Part shown: positions 24,830-36,860 of the stretch, piece by piece | Layout of the letters: every line of letters begins with the position of its first letter | Numbering within the stretch: position 1 is the first letter of the stretch | DNA from: Vicugna vicugna | Taxonomy: Eukaryota | NCBI GenBank assembly: GCA_013265495.1 | Contig: MU057887.1 | Coordinates: forward strand, 2,887,576 to 2,947,575 | Reading direction: 5' to 3' | DNA length: 60,000 bases | Notes under the pieces: model-generated | Databases searched by the model: none | What the model was told of the DNA's origin: nothing | The model's input: only the letters and a program-made list of their open reading frames with translations | Program-made: the position numbers and the translations under genes

Positions 24830-27380
24830 GCTCTCGTAAGGATGCCCAAATAATTACACGACAGTGCGGTGTTAATGAGCAAATAGAGAATTTCAACAAA
24901 TGATTTAAAACATAGAACGGCTGTTCTAGAGGTGACAAACACAGTGTCAGAATATGGAGAACGTGAAAATGAATGCATGTATGCACACGCGTGGCTGAAG
25001 CATCATGCTGGGCACTGGAAATGGACGCAGTGTTGCAAACGGACTAGGCTTCAGTAAAATGAAGAAAGAAGGAAAAAAGAAAAGAACTTGGAAACCTGAG
25101 CAGGCGGGCCCAACGGCAGCTTGTGGCCAGCAGAGGAAAGAGCCGGCGAGCATGAAGACACACCTGTAAAAGCGACCCGGTCTGCAGGAACAGGCAGAAA
25201 CGGCTGAAGGGAGGCGTAAAAGCTTCAGTGACCCTCTGGGACAACGTGAGGTCACTCCCTGGAGCAAGAGGAGGGAAACGTGGTGCAGAAACAGCGTTTG
25301 TAGAAATAGTGGCCAAGATCCCTGGAGTCTGGTGAAAACGTTCAGGTACAGACTGATCAGATCAACAACCCAGAGGAGAACAGACACAAGAAACCGTGCC
25401 GCGGTGCACGGTCGCCTCACCTCTGAAAGACAAAGACAAAGACAACGGGACACCCTTGCAAACGAGAAAGTGGCCCGTTTCGCAGAGGGAGCAGCGACAC
25501 CAGGCAGCAGGGAGGCCAGACACTGCGAGACGCATCTGAAGGGTCCGGGGCGGGTGGGGGAAGTCTATCGACCAAAGAGCCTCCTTCCAGAAAAGCTATT
25601 CAGCCAAACAGACTGTGGAATCAAGGCCCTCCCAGTAAAACGAAGCTGAGAAGGTTCCCTGCCAGCAGCACTGCACGGTGAGGGGGGCTAAAGAATCGTA
25701 TAAACACAAACAAAAAAATCACTACATGAATACAAACACACACTGTGAGAAATGCTGAAGAATTGCGTAAATCCAAACGCAAAATGCTGAAGAATTACAG
25801 AAATACAAACAAAGAATTATATAAACACACACAGACGCACACGAACTACGCGCAATTTCCCAATCTCTGTAGCGCACGCCTGGCTGAAGCAGGCCTGAGA
25901 ACGCTGCGTTGTTAGCTTTGTCAGTTGCCTGTCTCTGTACAAAGGCACGCGGCCCAAAAGATGGTGGTGCAGACAGAAAATATTCTGTCGTAAGATTCTT
26001 GTTTTGTTTCAGGAATCACTTAATATTAACCTTAGACTGACTGTGATAAGATTATAGAATCCTTGGCACAATCACTAGAAAACAATGCAGAGCGATCTCC
26101 CCCAGAAAGCGAGGCTGGGAATTCAAATGGTGTGCTGGCAGGGTTTGATGACCCTGGAGGAAGACAGGAGGGAAAGGGTACTGAAGGGAGCAGGAGATGA
26201 GGCCACAGAAGACAGGAGGAGAGGAGGTGACACCGAAGTCCGGGCAGGTCAGCAGGCACGTTAGACGCAGGCAAGGCCGGCGGTGGCAAAGGGGCCAGGC
26301 AGCAAGAACACACAGGTGCACGCAGGGCAGAGCGGACAGTGCGCCGCGCCGACGGCAGGCTTGGGGAACCTGGGGTGGCCGTGTTGGCGGCGTTGGAGGA
26401 CACGGCCTCTCTGAGGAGGAATAGTGTGACGGACACGAGGAGCCGTTGGTCATGATGAAGTGCCGATACGGCGGGCAAGCAGGGCAGAGCCGTGCGTGCA
26501 CCCGCGCCCGGAAACAGGGACAGAGCACAGGGAACAAGGCCGACTGGGCCGACAGGAAGCCAGACACGGTAACCGCTAGAGATGGAGAGGCCACCCCCCC
26601 GCCGCCAGGAACGCAGAGAAAATCAGGAACTATGCGGACGACCTGCGGACACTTCACTGCATTTCCAGAACATTCTGCCGCCCAAGGGTGGCCCTAGAGG
26701 TGCTGGAACGCAAGGTGGGCTGTGTGCGTCTCTTCTCTTAAATTGCCAAATCCTGTTCCCAAGTGGCTGTGCCATCTGGTCCGCCTTTAGTAAGCTCAGC
26801 CGTTCTGCTAGAACTAGCTTCGCACACATTCTTCTCAAGACGCACAGAAGGAGAACCAAGACAGACCAACTGCCAGGCAAAAAGCACGTCTCAAACCTCC
26901 AAGGAGGGAAAATCGCATCGTCCATGCTCCCTGACCGCAGCAGAATTGAATTAGAGACCAAACAGAAAGTGATATTGGGGGAATTCCCAAATATTTCGAA
27001 ATACTTTTTTAAAATCCGTGAGGTAGGGAAAGAAGAGAACTGTACATTTTACACATTTTAATTAAATTCAACTTGACTTATTTTGACTTGAATGATCCTG
27101 AAAACACACGGCAGTGAGAATCCGTTCGGCGGCGCCAAGGCCGTCGCTGTGGGAGCTGACACTGGGAAGGGAGAGGGTCTGAGCGGCTGACGGACGCGTC
27201 CACCTCAAGCTGCTAGAGAAGGGAGCGGAGGAAGCCCGGCGTGAGGAGAGGGAGGGAGTAAGACGGGGAAGAGCAGGCATCAGCGACACAGAAAGTGGAT
27301 GCACGAAAGAAGGCAGTGAAACCCAAAGCTCGGTTTTTTGAAAAGCGCTTTCCAGAGTGACGACCGACACGCAGGCAGCC
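24830..27380 (+). mobile_element. Old LINE-1, ORF1 to ORF2 endonuclease region, degraded and GC-shifted
   Basis: ORF 26582-27061 contains KTDQLPGKKHVSNLQGGKIASSMLPDRSRIELETKQK, homologous to L1 ORF2 KIDHxLGHKTSLNKFKKIEIISSIFSDHNGIKLEIN. Also GAAACCCAAAGCTCGGTTTTTTGAAAAG (ETKSWFFEK-like) at ~27318-27345, and ORF1-like sequence at 25290-25680. Confidence 0.75.
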
Positions 27381-27399
27381 GTGCGCGCGCAGAGCGTCC

Positions 27400-27980
27400 G
27401 CGGGGACCGCTCCGCCGGGCACGCGCCCACCGGCCGCCAGTGGCGTCAGCGTCGGGCTCCGCTCAGCGGCCCCACCCTCTCCTGCTTCCCTGGCCTGGGC
27501 TCTTGTCCGCCCGGTCCCCCTCCTGCTTTGGGCTTCCCCAACTCTGTTGAGACGAGCGTTTGTGTTTCGTCGCAGATCCTCTCCGTTGCTGACGTGCACA
27601 TTACAGCTGCGACTCCCCCTCCAGGCGTCGGTTTGCTGCGCTGCACACGTTTCGAACTGCTGTCTTTCCATTCCTGTCCTGTGCAAAACAGTCCTGTACT
27701 TCCCTCGGTTCCTTCTCTTCGGCCCATGAATTGCTCAGACATGTGCTGTTTAGCTTCTAAATAGTGCAGATTCTCTAGATATTTTAGTGTCATCGGTGCC
27801 TCAATTAGTTGCGTCACGGCCAGAGAAAGCGCTCCGCGGGATGGCAGTCCTGTTAAGCTGGCTGAGGTAAGAGGTGCATGGCCCAGCGCGTGACCAACGT
27901 GGTGAATGCGCCACTGTCGTTTGAAATAAATGTTATTTTGTAAGTGTTGCACTGGTGCTTTGTAAATATCAACTGTTTTA
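27400..27980 (-). mobile_element. LINE-1 ORF2 endonuclease C-terminal region, inverted
   Basis: ORF 27446-28027(-) reads VDIYKAPVQHLQNNIYFKRQWRIHHVGHALGH, resembling L1 ORF2 IDIYRTLHP...FSKIDHILGH. Confidence 0.65.
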
Positions 27981-28029
27981 AGAACCGTATGTCTAAACAC
28001 ACACTTTCTAATTCCGGTGTGTCTCATTC

Positions 28030-29060
28030 CACCAAAAATCTTGTTTGAATTTTGATGAGAATTGCACTGAATTGATGGATCAATGTGGGAAAACTGACGT
28101 TTTCAAGGGACCGAGACTTTACATAAGTGAGCATGACAGATCCGTTTACTTAGATTCTCTAATTATCCTTCACAATCGTTGTATTATTTTTTCCGTAACA
28201 GATTTTTATGCACTAAGGGTTTCTTCCTTTCATTTTCATACAGAGCAACTTGGAGGAACTTATTATTTTGAATAATATGTCTGTTGACAGCACAAAATTG
28301 CTTGCCAAAGATGTCATTTTTTCCTTTTTTAATCTTTATATTTTTCATTATTTTTCTTGTCTTATGCCACCAAATTGGAGCACCTGTAACTTGTTCCAGA
28401 TTTCAGAGAGACTGTCTAGAAGTCTTATCCTGACGTATGAGGTTTGCTGTCAATTTTTATACATAATCTGTGTGTGGTTAAGGAAGAACTCTCCTATTCA
28501 TAGTTTTTTCAGAGCATTTAGCAGGAGTGGAGGTAAAGGGTTTTAAATGCACTATCTTGCCTCCCCTCTAATAATTGCACACTTGTTAAGTGGTGAATTA
28601 CACACGTGGCATTAATGCATCCTTTACTCCTAAGAAAACCCAGTTTGGTTATGAGCAATCTTTACTGGATCACTGCATTTGCATTGCTAACATTTTGATT
28701 GATTTTTTAAATCTATGCTCATAATCACAGTGACCTACCCTTCTCTTATACTGTCCTTGACCGGCGTGGGATGGAGCTAATACCTCACAAAATGAGTTCT
28801 TTCATTTTTTATTGCCTGGAAAATTCTGTATGCAGTGGGAATGATCTGTGCATTGACCGTTTGGTTGAAGCCACCTGCAAACCTTTTGAAATTGAAGCTG
28901 TAGTTTGGACGGACGGACTTTCTTCATTGGTTATGGGTCTGTTCGGTCTTGCTGTTTCTTTTTGGGTCATTTTGGGGGGAAGCTGGATTTCTCCAGGCAC
29001 TTTTCAAGTTTGCTTAAGTTTGCACATTTATCAGGATGGGTTTGTTTCCAGAGTTCTCTC
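28030..29060 (-). mobile_element. LINE-1 ORF2 fragments
   Basis: T-rich + strand with GAATTTTGATGAGAATTGCACTGAAT and CAGTTTGGTTATGA motifs typical of reverse L1 ORF2. Confidence 0.7.
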
Positions 29061-29339
29061 ATCTCCAGTGCCGTCACCTGCATTCAGTGCTGCAGGTGAA
29101 CAGTCTGAAGGACAGTACAAATGGAGCTCCCGCCCCTCCCGCCCCGCATCCGGTCAGAGCCCGGCAGCCCTGAGGGAGCCCCCGCCGCCCCACCCAGCCT
29201 TTTCTTCTCACACGCTTTCCCTGGAGTGACCACCCCCTGCCTCTGTGACGGTCACTCTCCTGCACTGGTTAAGAGCGGGCAGCTTGGGAGTGCGTCCTCA
29301 CATTACATCGCTGGGCTTTAAGCCTTTCTCACTGACCTG

Positions 29340-29740
29340 TAGGTGATTTGCAACGTTGCGTTAACTTCGAGTGTACAGCAAGGGGATTCCGTTATACGTA
29401 CTGCATACGTATCTGTTCTTTTTCAGATTCTTTTCCAGTACAGTCTTACAAGATACTGAATACAGCTCCCTGCGCTGCACAGTAGGTCCTTGCTGTTCAT
29501 CTGTTTTATATGCAGTGGTGTGTGTCTGTTAATCCCGAACTCCAGATTTATCCCTCCCCACCCCCTTCCCCCTTTGGTGGCCGTCGTGTGCTTTCCGTGT
29601 CTGTGCGTCCACCTCTGGTGTGTAAGTAAGTTCACTAAGTTCACTCCTGTTCTTTCTTTAGATTCCACACACATGAGGTACCGTGTGGTGTTTGTCTTCC
29701 TCTGTCTGACCGAGTTCATGTACTGTGATCATCTCACATC
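29340..29740 (-). mobile_element. Cetartiodactyl-type LINE-1 3' end
   Basis: TACAAGATACTGAATACAGCTCCCTGCGCTGCACAGTAGGTCCTTGCTGTTCATCTGTTTTATAT...TTAGATTCCACA. It is the reverse-complement homologue of 42975-43310. Confidence 0.85.
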
Positions 29741-30129
29741 ACTGGGTTGAAAATGAGAGTCGTAAACACAAAACTCGCTTTACGGCCACCGTGTAGGGAA
29801 GGCACCCAGAGTTCCGAGATGAAGTGGTGAGTGCCCGGCCGAGAGAAGCCACCGAGGAGAGCCCTGACCAGCTCCGCGGGCGCCTCGAGCTCGGGTCAAA
29901 CAGATGATGTGATGGGCAGCGGGGAGGCTCCGGCTCAATCTCCCCATGACCGTCTGTGAGGAGGCACTCCAACCCAGGCTGGGTAACCTCTGCGTCTGGT
30001 GGACACAGATTCCCCACCAGCCTCCCGAGGACGGTGGCCACGCTGTCCCTGCCTTGGCTCTCCCGTGCCCCGCACCCCCTTGGTGGGCGTCTGCTCTCAG
30101 CTTGGCGGGAGAAGGAGCTCCAGGGAAGC

Positions 30130-30860
30130 AATGTTTCCAGGCCCTGCCTATCCGAAGTGGTTTTTATTTTATTCTTGGATATTAAAACATTGAAAAGTTT
30201 GGCTGGGTAAAGAATTTTAGCCGGAAACCATTTTCCTTCTGGACTTGGAGGTAGCGCATCGCTCACTGTCTTCTGGATTCCTGTGCCACTGTTAAGAAAC
30301 CCAAAGCCTCTTTGATTCACCATCCCTTTAGCTACCTTTTCCTACATGCAAGGCTATCGCGTGGTCCTGTGTCCTGCTGTCCTGCTGTGCAGTTTCACAG
30401 CGATGAGCCCCGGGGGAGCCTACTTCCGTTCTTGTGCTAAACATTTATTGGGTCTTTTTAATCCATCACCTCATGCCCTTTATTTTGGAGAAATTGTCTT
30501 GATCCCCCCCCCTCCCTTTTTAGTTCATTCTTCCACAACTTCTATTATTTGGGTGTTGGACCTTCTGGACTGGTCTCCTAATTGTATTTCTTTGTTTCTC
30601 ATCGCCTTGCCTTTATGTCTGCTGACTTTTGGTAAGATTGTCTCACTGAGATTGTTTCAATTTTAGCTTGCAGACCGTCTATAGAGTTTTCATTTTGGCA
30701 GCCATGTTCTTAATTTCCAGTTGCTACTTTGTTACTGTTCTCTGAATTTCCTCTTGTGTTATAGATAGCTTTTTGTTCTTGTTTTATTATTGCAATATTC
30801 TTTTTCTTATTTCTCTGGGGTATTAGATGACTTTTTTGAAAATCTCTTCTCTGGGAAGTC
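30130..30860 (-). mobile_element. Old LINE-1 ORF1-region fragment
   Basis: TTGGCTGGGTAAAGAATTTTAG...; ORF 29739-30323(-) includes KILYPAKLF, resembling the L1 ORF1 motif PRILYPAKLS. Confidence 0.7.
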
Positions 30861-31009
30861 CGCGTTTCCGCCAAGTGGCGCTGTTGCGTTTGTAGCTCTG
30901 GTGTCCGTCCCCCACGTTGGGAACTCTCCCCACACGGGGCCATCCTGGGCTGCTGGCTCTCGGCGGAGGGTGTTTGGAAGCTCGGTAGGGGTAAACTCAC
31001 TGACTTTGA

Positions 31010-31320
31010 ATTTTGCTACAGTGGCTGCACCAATTTACATTCCCTCCAGCAGGGGAGGAAGGTCCCCTTTTCTCCACAGCTTCTCCAGCGTTTATTATTT
31101 GTAGCCTTTTTAATGATGGCCATTCTGCCTGGTGTCAGGTGGTACCTCACTGTAGTTTTGACTTGCATTTTTCTCTGATAATTAGTGATACTGAGCATCT
31201 CTTCGTGTGCCTGTTGGCTATTTGCATGTTTTCTTCGGAGGAATGTCTGTTTAGGTCCTCTGCCCGTTTTTTGATTGGGCTGTTTGTTTTTGGTTTTGTT
31301 TTATATTAAGCTGTGTGAGC
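31010..31320 (-). mobile_element. LINE-1 ORF2 C-terminal cysteine-rich region
   Basis: Translation [50 protein letters not shown] matches L1 ORF2 MQIKTTMRYHLTPVRMAIIKKS...[12 protein letters not shown]. Confidence 0.92.
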
Positions 31321-32181
31321 TTGACACACTTCAATAATAGAATCATATTTCTATTAGTTGATTTACAAGCTTCAAACCACGTCTGTTGGCCTCCTGTACC
31401 GAGAAGGATGATGAGATGCATGTTTACCCATCGCCTGGCAGGCCTCCCAGTCCCCCTGCTCTCTGATTGGCTGTGCACTCATTTCCACAACCATCCTTTC
31501 TACCCTTGCCTGAGTTGGAGTCTTAACTTTAAAGGTTTCATGACAAGTCACTACGAGTTCACTTGCCACAGCTTCCTCATCAAGCTCTCACCTGATGGCT
31601 TTCGTCTTTGAGTAAATTCTTCAAGAGGGGTGATGGGAGAGAAGACCCGTCTCTGCCCTTTGGACTCGGCCAACAGTTTGGCTAGGCGTAAAGTTACAGA
31701 CTGGTATTTCTTTCCTTGAGTCTTTGTGAACCTTGTTCTCCTCTCTTCTGACATCGAAGGTTCATTCTTACGGAAAAGCCATGGGACGGCTCAACGTGCC
31801 CCACTAATGTCTAACTGAATTTACAGGGGAGGTGGACCCCCACTGCCTTGTCGCTTTGTCTTCCAAGTCCAAGAGCTTCTCTTCCTCTTCTGGGGGGAAG
31901 ACAATTATACACACATGGGAAATCTTTTTCTTTTACAGCTATCAGATTTGGGCTTGCACTTAAAAACTCAGCCAAATTATTTCATTTTGCTGCAGGTTTG
32001 CGTCCTCACTTCCCCCAGCTATGGCTGTTCACCCGCTTCAAATGGGACTTTTCTGCGATGGTGTCAGGGTCGTTCCTTTCCAAGTTTACCCGTGGATTTT
32101 CAGCTCCTGTTTTTGTTTTGTTATTGCCTCATGGTTCTCTGGTGTCTTGGCTCTAACCTCCCAGTTCATTAAAACACTTTT

Positions 32182-32335
32182 GTGGGTGGTTAGAGCACAG
32201 CTCAGTGGTAGAACACATGCTTGGCGTGCACAAGGTCCTGGGTTCAATCCCCAGGAGCTCCATTAAAAATACATATATAAATAAACCCAATTACCCCTCC
32301 CAAACAAACAGACAAACAGAAAACAATTAAAAACC
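32182..32335 (+). mobile_element. tRNA-derived SINE, camelid Vic-1-like
   Basis: A box AGCTCAGTGGTAGA, B box GGTTCAATCCC, then CTCCATTAAAAATA...AATAAACCCAATTACCCCTCCC and an A-rich tail. Confidence 0.8.
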
Positions 32336-32342
32336 CTTAAAC

Positions 32343-32400
32343 AAAGAAAAGAAAAGAAAAGAAAAGAAAAGAAAAGAAAAGAAAAGAAAAGGAAAGTAAA
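32343..32400. repeat. (GAAAA)n microsatellite
   Basis: About 9 perfect GAAAA units directly after the SINE tail. Confidence 0.95.
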
Positions 32401-34180
32401 GTAAGATGTCACTTACAAACCTTTTTTTAAAGCTAGGACCTTTAAATCCATGAAATACAGTTTTTTCTTGGTAGCACCTTTTATGACTGGCTCCCTGGTC
32501 AGATTTTTCTGTTGTGTACTCTCAGCCTCCTCCTCTCCATCCTTCTTTTTTTCTCTTGTTATTTGTCTTTTTATTTGAACGAGAAGAGCTCATTCCTGCC
32601 CAGGTGTCTGTGGCGGGACAGCGTGTGTGGGCCGCCCAGGAGAAGGCCGTGCGGGGCGGCCCCCCAGGTCCGCGCAAGCAGCTGGCCTGCTCTCTCTTGC
32701 CTTGATCGGATTGCTGTGCCTCCCGGTGACGACATCCCAGAAACTGAAAGCCAGAATAATGAATGCAAGAGGCTGTGTTCCCACTTTTTTTCCTTCTCCT
32801 TGTTTCACCTGCATCAGGAGAGAAGTCAGCCCGCTTTTATGGTGACCAGCGCCCAGGACGTTTAGGGCAGGGGGCAGGTTGTTAGTGTCTCAGAAGGCGA
32901 CTGGCCCTGAGCAGGACCTCCCAGAACTCAGCGTGAGAGGACAGAGCCAGGGCTGCTCTGCCTAGCCCCGTCCTCGGTGCTGAGGAAGCAGCCTGATTGC
33001 AGGGACCAGAGCCCACTCTCCCGGAAGCTGCACGGGTGTCAGATGGCAAAGGCATGTGGGGAACAGAGCAGACAAGGGAGTAGGGAAGGCTTCCTGGAGG
33101 AGGTGAGGGCACGGACGCCAAGGACTGAGGACAGCAGGGCAAGGAGTGCAGACACAAAGGCCGCAGCAGGGGGAGGTCTCCAGCTCCAGGTACGGCCGGC
33201 GGATGGAGTGGCTGGATGGAGGGGCTGTGGGGAGGGTTGGGAGGATGAGGTCAAGGAGCCCTGGGAGCTGCACCCAGGGCCTGGGGTCCCCGAGGCTGTC
33301 CTGGTGGTGCTGTCAGCAGAGAAGCAGCAGCTCTGACTTGGGGTTCCCGGGCTCAGTGGCTGCTGGGGGGTGTCAGGCCATGGGGAGACCAGAGCAGAAG
33401 CAGGGAGCTGGGTGGTAGGGGTCCCAGCCGTGGGGCAAGGGCCAGTGCACACGTGGAGAAAGCTCTGGAAGACCGTTCCCTGAAACAGGCCTGGACGCCA
33501 GCCCCCACCAGCGATGAAGGCCCAGGAAAGACGGAGGACAGGGAGCTGCTCCCAGAGCCAGGATGGCCTGGACCTGACGTGGGGGGCATCCATCCGTCTC
33601 CACGGTGAGCTCCCCACTTGCCAAGTGAGGGTGGCTGACGTAAAATCATAAAATGGGCCATTTGCCTTTGTTTGCCTGTAACCTTGGACTTTGCAAAACT
33701 CTCTGAGCAACTTTCTTGAAGTTTAACTGAGCATCAGGCAAACGTCCATCTTGGTGGTGCTCTGGGCCCCAACACGGGCGCCCCTCCTCGGCCGTCAAGC
33801 CATTGCCGTCAGCTGGGCCGGGTGCGCACCCCAGCACGGGCTGGGGCGGGGCGCCCGGCTTCCCTGCTTGCTTGTGAGACTCCAGAGGCAACCTGTCTCT
33901 TCCAGGGAGAGGGAGGGAGGGCTGGAGAGATGGGCACCAGCCACGTGCGCGATGTGGCCGATGGACCACCACCTTGTTTAATCCACAGGACAGCCTTCTA
34001 GGCGGCACCATGTGGCTCCCAGTCTGCAGAGCAGATGCAGGCTTAGAGACAGGGGCCGACTCACCCAAGGCCATGCAACTGCTGGGCAGCGTGGGAGTTA
34101 CCAGTCAGGGGACCCTGGGGGCTTCCCAGCGGAGGCTGCAGCCCTTGCCCTCCCCTCCCGGCAAAACTTCACTCACTTAC

Positions 34181-34637
34181 TATATCAGTCAGGGGTCCCC
34201 AGAGAAGCTGCCGTCTGCAGGATGGAGGCCAGGACAGGCGAGGGGGCAGTTCCAGCCCGAGCCAGAAGGCCTGAGAACTGGAGGGGTGGGTCAGTCGGGT
34301 TCGTCCCAGTGTGAGCCTGACGGCCCTAGAACCAGGAGCTCCCCGGCCCCGGGTGTCTCTGGGTGGGAGGAGACGGACATCCCAGCTCACGCAGAGAGGG
34401 AGAGAGAGAGACAGCTTGCCTCTTCTTTGCCTTCTGTTCTATCTGGGCTCTCGGGGGATGGGATGAGCCCCCTCTCAACACACACAGATGCACAGGGTGG
34501 CACCTGCTTTACTCCGCCCGCTACTCAAATGCCCACCTCTTCCAGCATCACCCCCATAGACATGCCTGGATGAATGCTGGGCCAGCGGTCAGGGCACCCA
34601 CGGCCAGGCAAGCTGCTCTATAAAACTAACCATCACA
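34181..34637 (-). mobile_element. ERVL solo LTR, MLT2 family
   Basis: Starts TATATCAGTCAGGGGTCCCCAGAGAA and ends ATAAAACTAACCATCACA, the reverse-complement termini of MLT2 LTRs. Confidence 0.8.
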
Positions 34638-34799
34638 GCGATACAGCAGCCGAGGCCACACGTGAGGGGAAGAAAGGAACAGAGGAAGGCAGGCAGCGCT
34701 GACTGGCCATCTCTGCAGCCACTGGGGAAACAGTGCAGTGAGAACCAGCTGAGCCTGCAGGGAGAGGCCAGGCGGCTGGTGCTTCCTGAGCTGCCCACG

Positions 34800-35080
34800 C
34801 GGCTGAAACGCGGACGTTCACTCCCTCGGGTTTGGAGGCTGGAATCCAGGGTGAAGGTGTCTGCAGGGCTGCTTCCTCCCGAGACCTCTCCTTGGTGTGC
34901 AGACAGACGCCTCCCGGGGTCCTCAGACCTTCCCTCTGCGTGAGACTCTGTCCAGATTTACCCCACCCTAGCGACCTCGTTTTACCTTAATTACCTCCTT
35001 AAAGATGCATCTCCACATTCAGAAGCCCTGGGCAGTCAGGGCTTCAACCCATGAATTTGGGGGCCACAATTCAGCCCCCC
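34800..35080 (-). mobile_element. MaLR LTR (MLT1 family) fragment
   Basis: GGAGGCTGGAATCCAGGGTGAAGGTGTCTGCAGGGCTG...TTACCTTAATTACCTCCTTAAAGA...GGGCTTCAACCCATGAATTTGGGGG. Confidence 0.78.
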
Positions 35081-35684
35081 AGCGGCAGGCCAGTGTAAAA
35101 GGCTGACCCACGTGTGGACACTGCAGCCTCGAAGGGGGCCAGCCTGGCCTTTCCCAGGGAGGTGGGAGCCGTGCCTGGCGTGTGGATCTGGGCCTCCCCC
35201 GGGGCAGCTCTGCTCCCGTCCAGGACCCACGCTGCAGGGGCTCAGCCCAGGGCTCACTGCTCCTTGAGGGAGGAGCCAGAGGCACCCCCACAAAATGAAT
35301 CCAAAACTTGTGGTGACGGGGAATTAAGCACAAATCCGGGAAAAGCCGGGAGTAAACCTAAAACCAGCACAGTTTTAGGAAACAGCAGTTTTCACCAAAA
35401 GAATGCATGGCATATGCTTCTATTTTTATAAAGTAAAAAAAAAGGGGCAAAATTATGCTTGTGTTTAGGGGGTGTAGGCACAGGCAGCGAAACCGTAAGG
35501 AAAAACATGGACGTTACATGCAGGACACCGAGGGAGGCGGGCTAGCCTGAGCTCGGGAGGTGGCCAGCCGGGGGAGTGGCGGTGCAGACACGTGATGGGG
35601 GTGTCCCCAGGGCTGTCCTGGCTCCACTTTGGAGCCCTGGATGAGGAGGGAGGGATGAAGCAGAACCCTGCCCACCCACCACGT

Positions 35685-35785
35685 GGGCTCTGCGACCTGG
35701 GGCAAGTCCCTGAAATCCTGTCTGACCTCCCCCATCGTTAAGGTGGGCTGTTAAGGGTTGCCGTGACAACCAGAGGAGATGCTGG
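35685..35785 (+). mobile_element. MIR fragment
   Basis: TGCGACCTGGGGCAAGTCCCTGAA...AGGGTTGCCGTGA. Confidence 0.5.
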
Positions 35786-35807
35786 ATTCAGAGACGGATG
35801 ATTACGG

Positions 35808-36221
35808 TGTGGTGTGGATCGGACTGTGCCGCCAGAAAGATGTGCTGAAGTTCTGACCCCTGCCCGGCCCCATGAATGTGGTCTTGTACGGCCTTTGCAG
35901 CTGTGCCTGAGTTAAGATCTGGTCACATCGGAGCAGGGAGGGCACTCAGCGCAGGCTGGGGTCCTCATGGGGGAGGGAGGCGTGGAGGCGCAGAGACGTG
36001 GGGGAGGCCACGTGCACGGATGCAGAGGTGGACGGTGTGGCCACCAGCCAAGGGGCCCCCGGAGGAGGCAGGAAGGACCCCCACCCCGAGCCGCTGGAGG
36101 GACGAGGGCTCCGCCCACAGCTTGAGACCTCTGGCCTCCAGAACCAAGAGCCAGTAAACGCCCATTGTCACACTCCCCCAGTCCGTGGTATGTCGCTTCG
36201 CTGCCCTTGGAGACCAATACG
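35808..36221 (+). mobile_element. MaLR solo LTR (MLT1B/C-like)
   Basis: GAAGTTCTGACCCC...ATGAATGTGGTCTT...CAGCCAAGG...GGCCTCCAGAAC...CAGTCCGTGGTAT...CCTTGGAGACCAATAC. Confidence 0.78.
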
Positions 36222-36254
36222 TCCTCATCTCTCTGGACTTGCCCGTCGTGAGCA

Positions 36255-36350
36255 AAACCTGTCTCCTGTCTGCTGTAGACTCTCCGCCCCAGCTTGGTCC
36301 AGGCGCACAGTAGGCATTTAATCAGTGTTTGCCGGATGAATGGATGAGCG
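36255..36350 (+). mobile_element. LINE-2 3' end
   Basis: GCACAGTAGGCATTTAATCAGTGTTTGCCGGATGAATGGATGA is the L2 terminus. Confidence 0.65.
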
Positions 36351-36719
36351 TAGGCACCTCGGTCACCTGTGTGACGAAGCCTTGTTCGGTGCCGCTAATA
36401 GAAATGCGTCCCGTCACTTAGAATGTGGAGACAGCCCCCCTGTGCCCACATGGACCCGCCGGCCCCTTTCTGTAGCAGTGAATGAGGCCACCGTGAGCAC
36501 GTTCACCTGTAAGCACCCCGCCCGCAGCGCGGAGCCACTCCCTTGCGGGAAGACAGGCAGGAGATGGCAGGCGAATGGCACAACAGCTCCGTGTGTCCTC
36601 ACGGGCGCCGGGCCGGCAGGCTCGCAGTCCAGGGGCACGGGGCCCGTCAGAAGCCCCCGGCCCCGGCCCCGGGGCGGGAGGGCTGCTGTTCCCACGCCGC
36701 CGCCCAGACCAGGCTGGGA

Positions 36720-36860
36720 TTAGCTTCTCTTTAATCCTTGCCAACTTGCTCAGCAGAGAAAGGTATCAACCCTTCTAGGTTTCAATTTGCATGTCTTTGA
36801 TTCCGACTGAGTTTGAACATCTTTTCATATGTTTATTGGCCATTTACGTAAATGGGCCCT
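36720..36860 (-). mobile_element. LINE-1 ORF2 3' fragment
   Basis: AATTTGCATGTCTTTGATT...TTGAACATCTTTTCATATGTTTATTGGCCATTT. Confidence 0.75.

Noticed and set aside
32190..32262. tRNA-like sequence with A and B boxes
   Set aside because: SINE head with SINE body and A-rich tail and a second copy at 58 kb; no proper acceptor stem.
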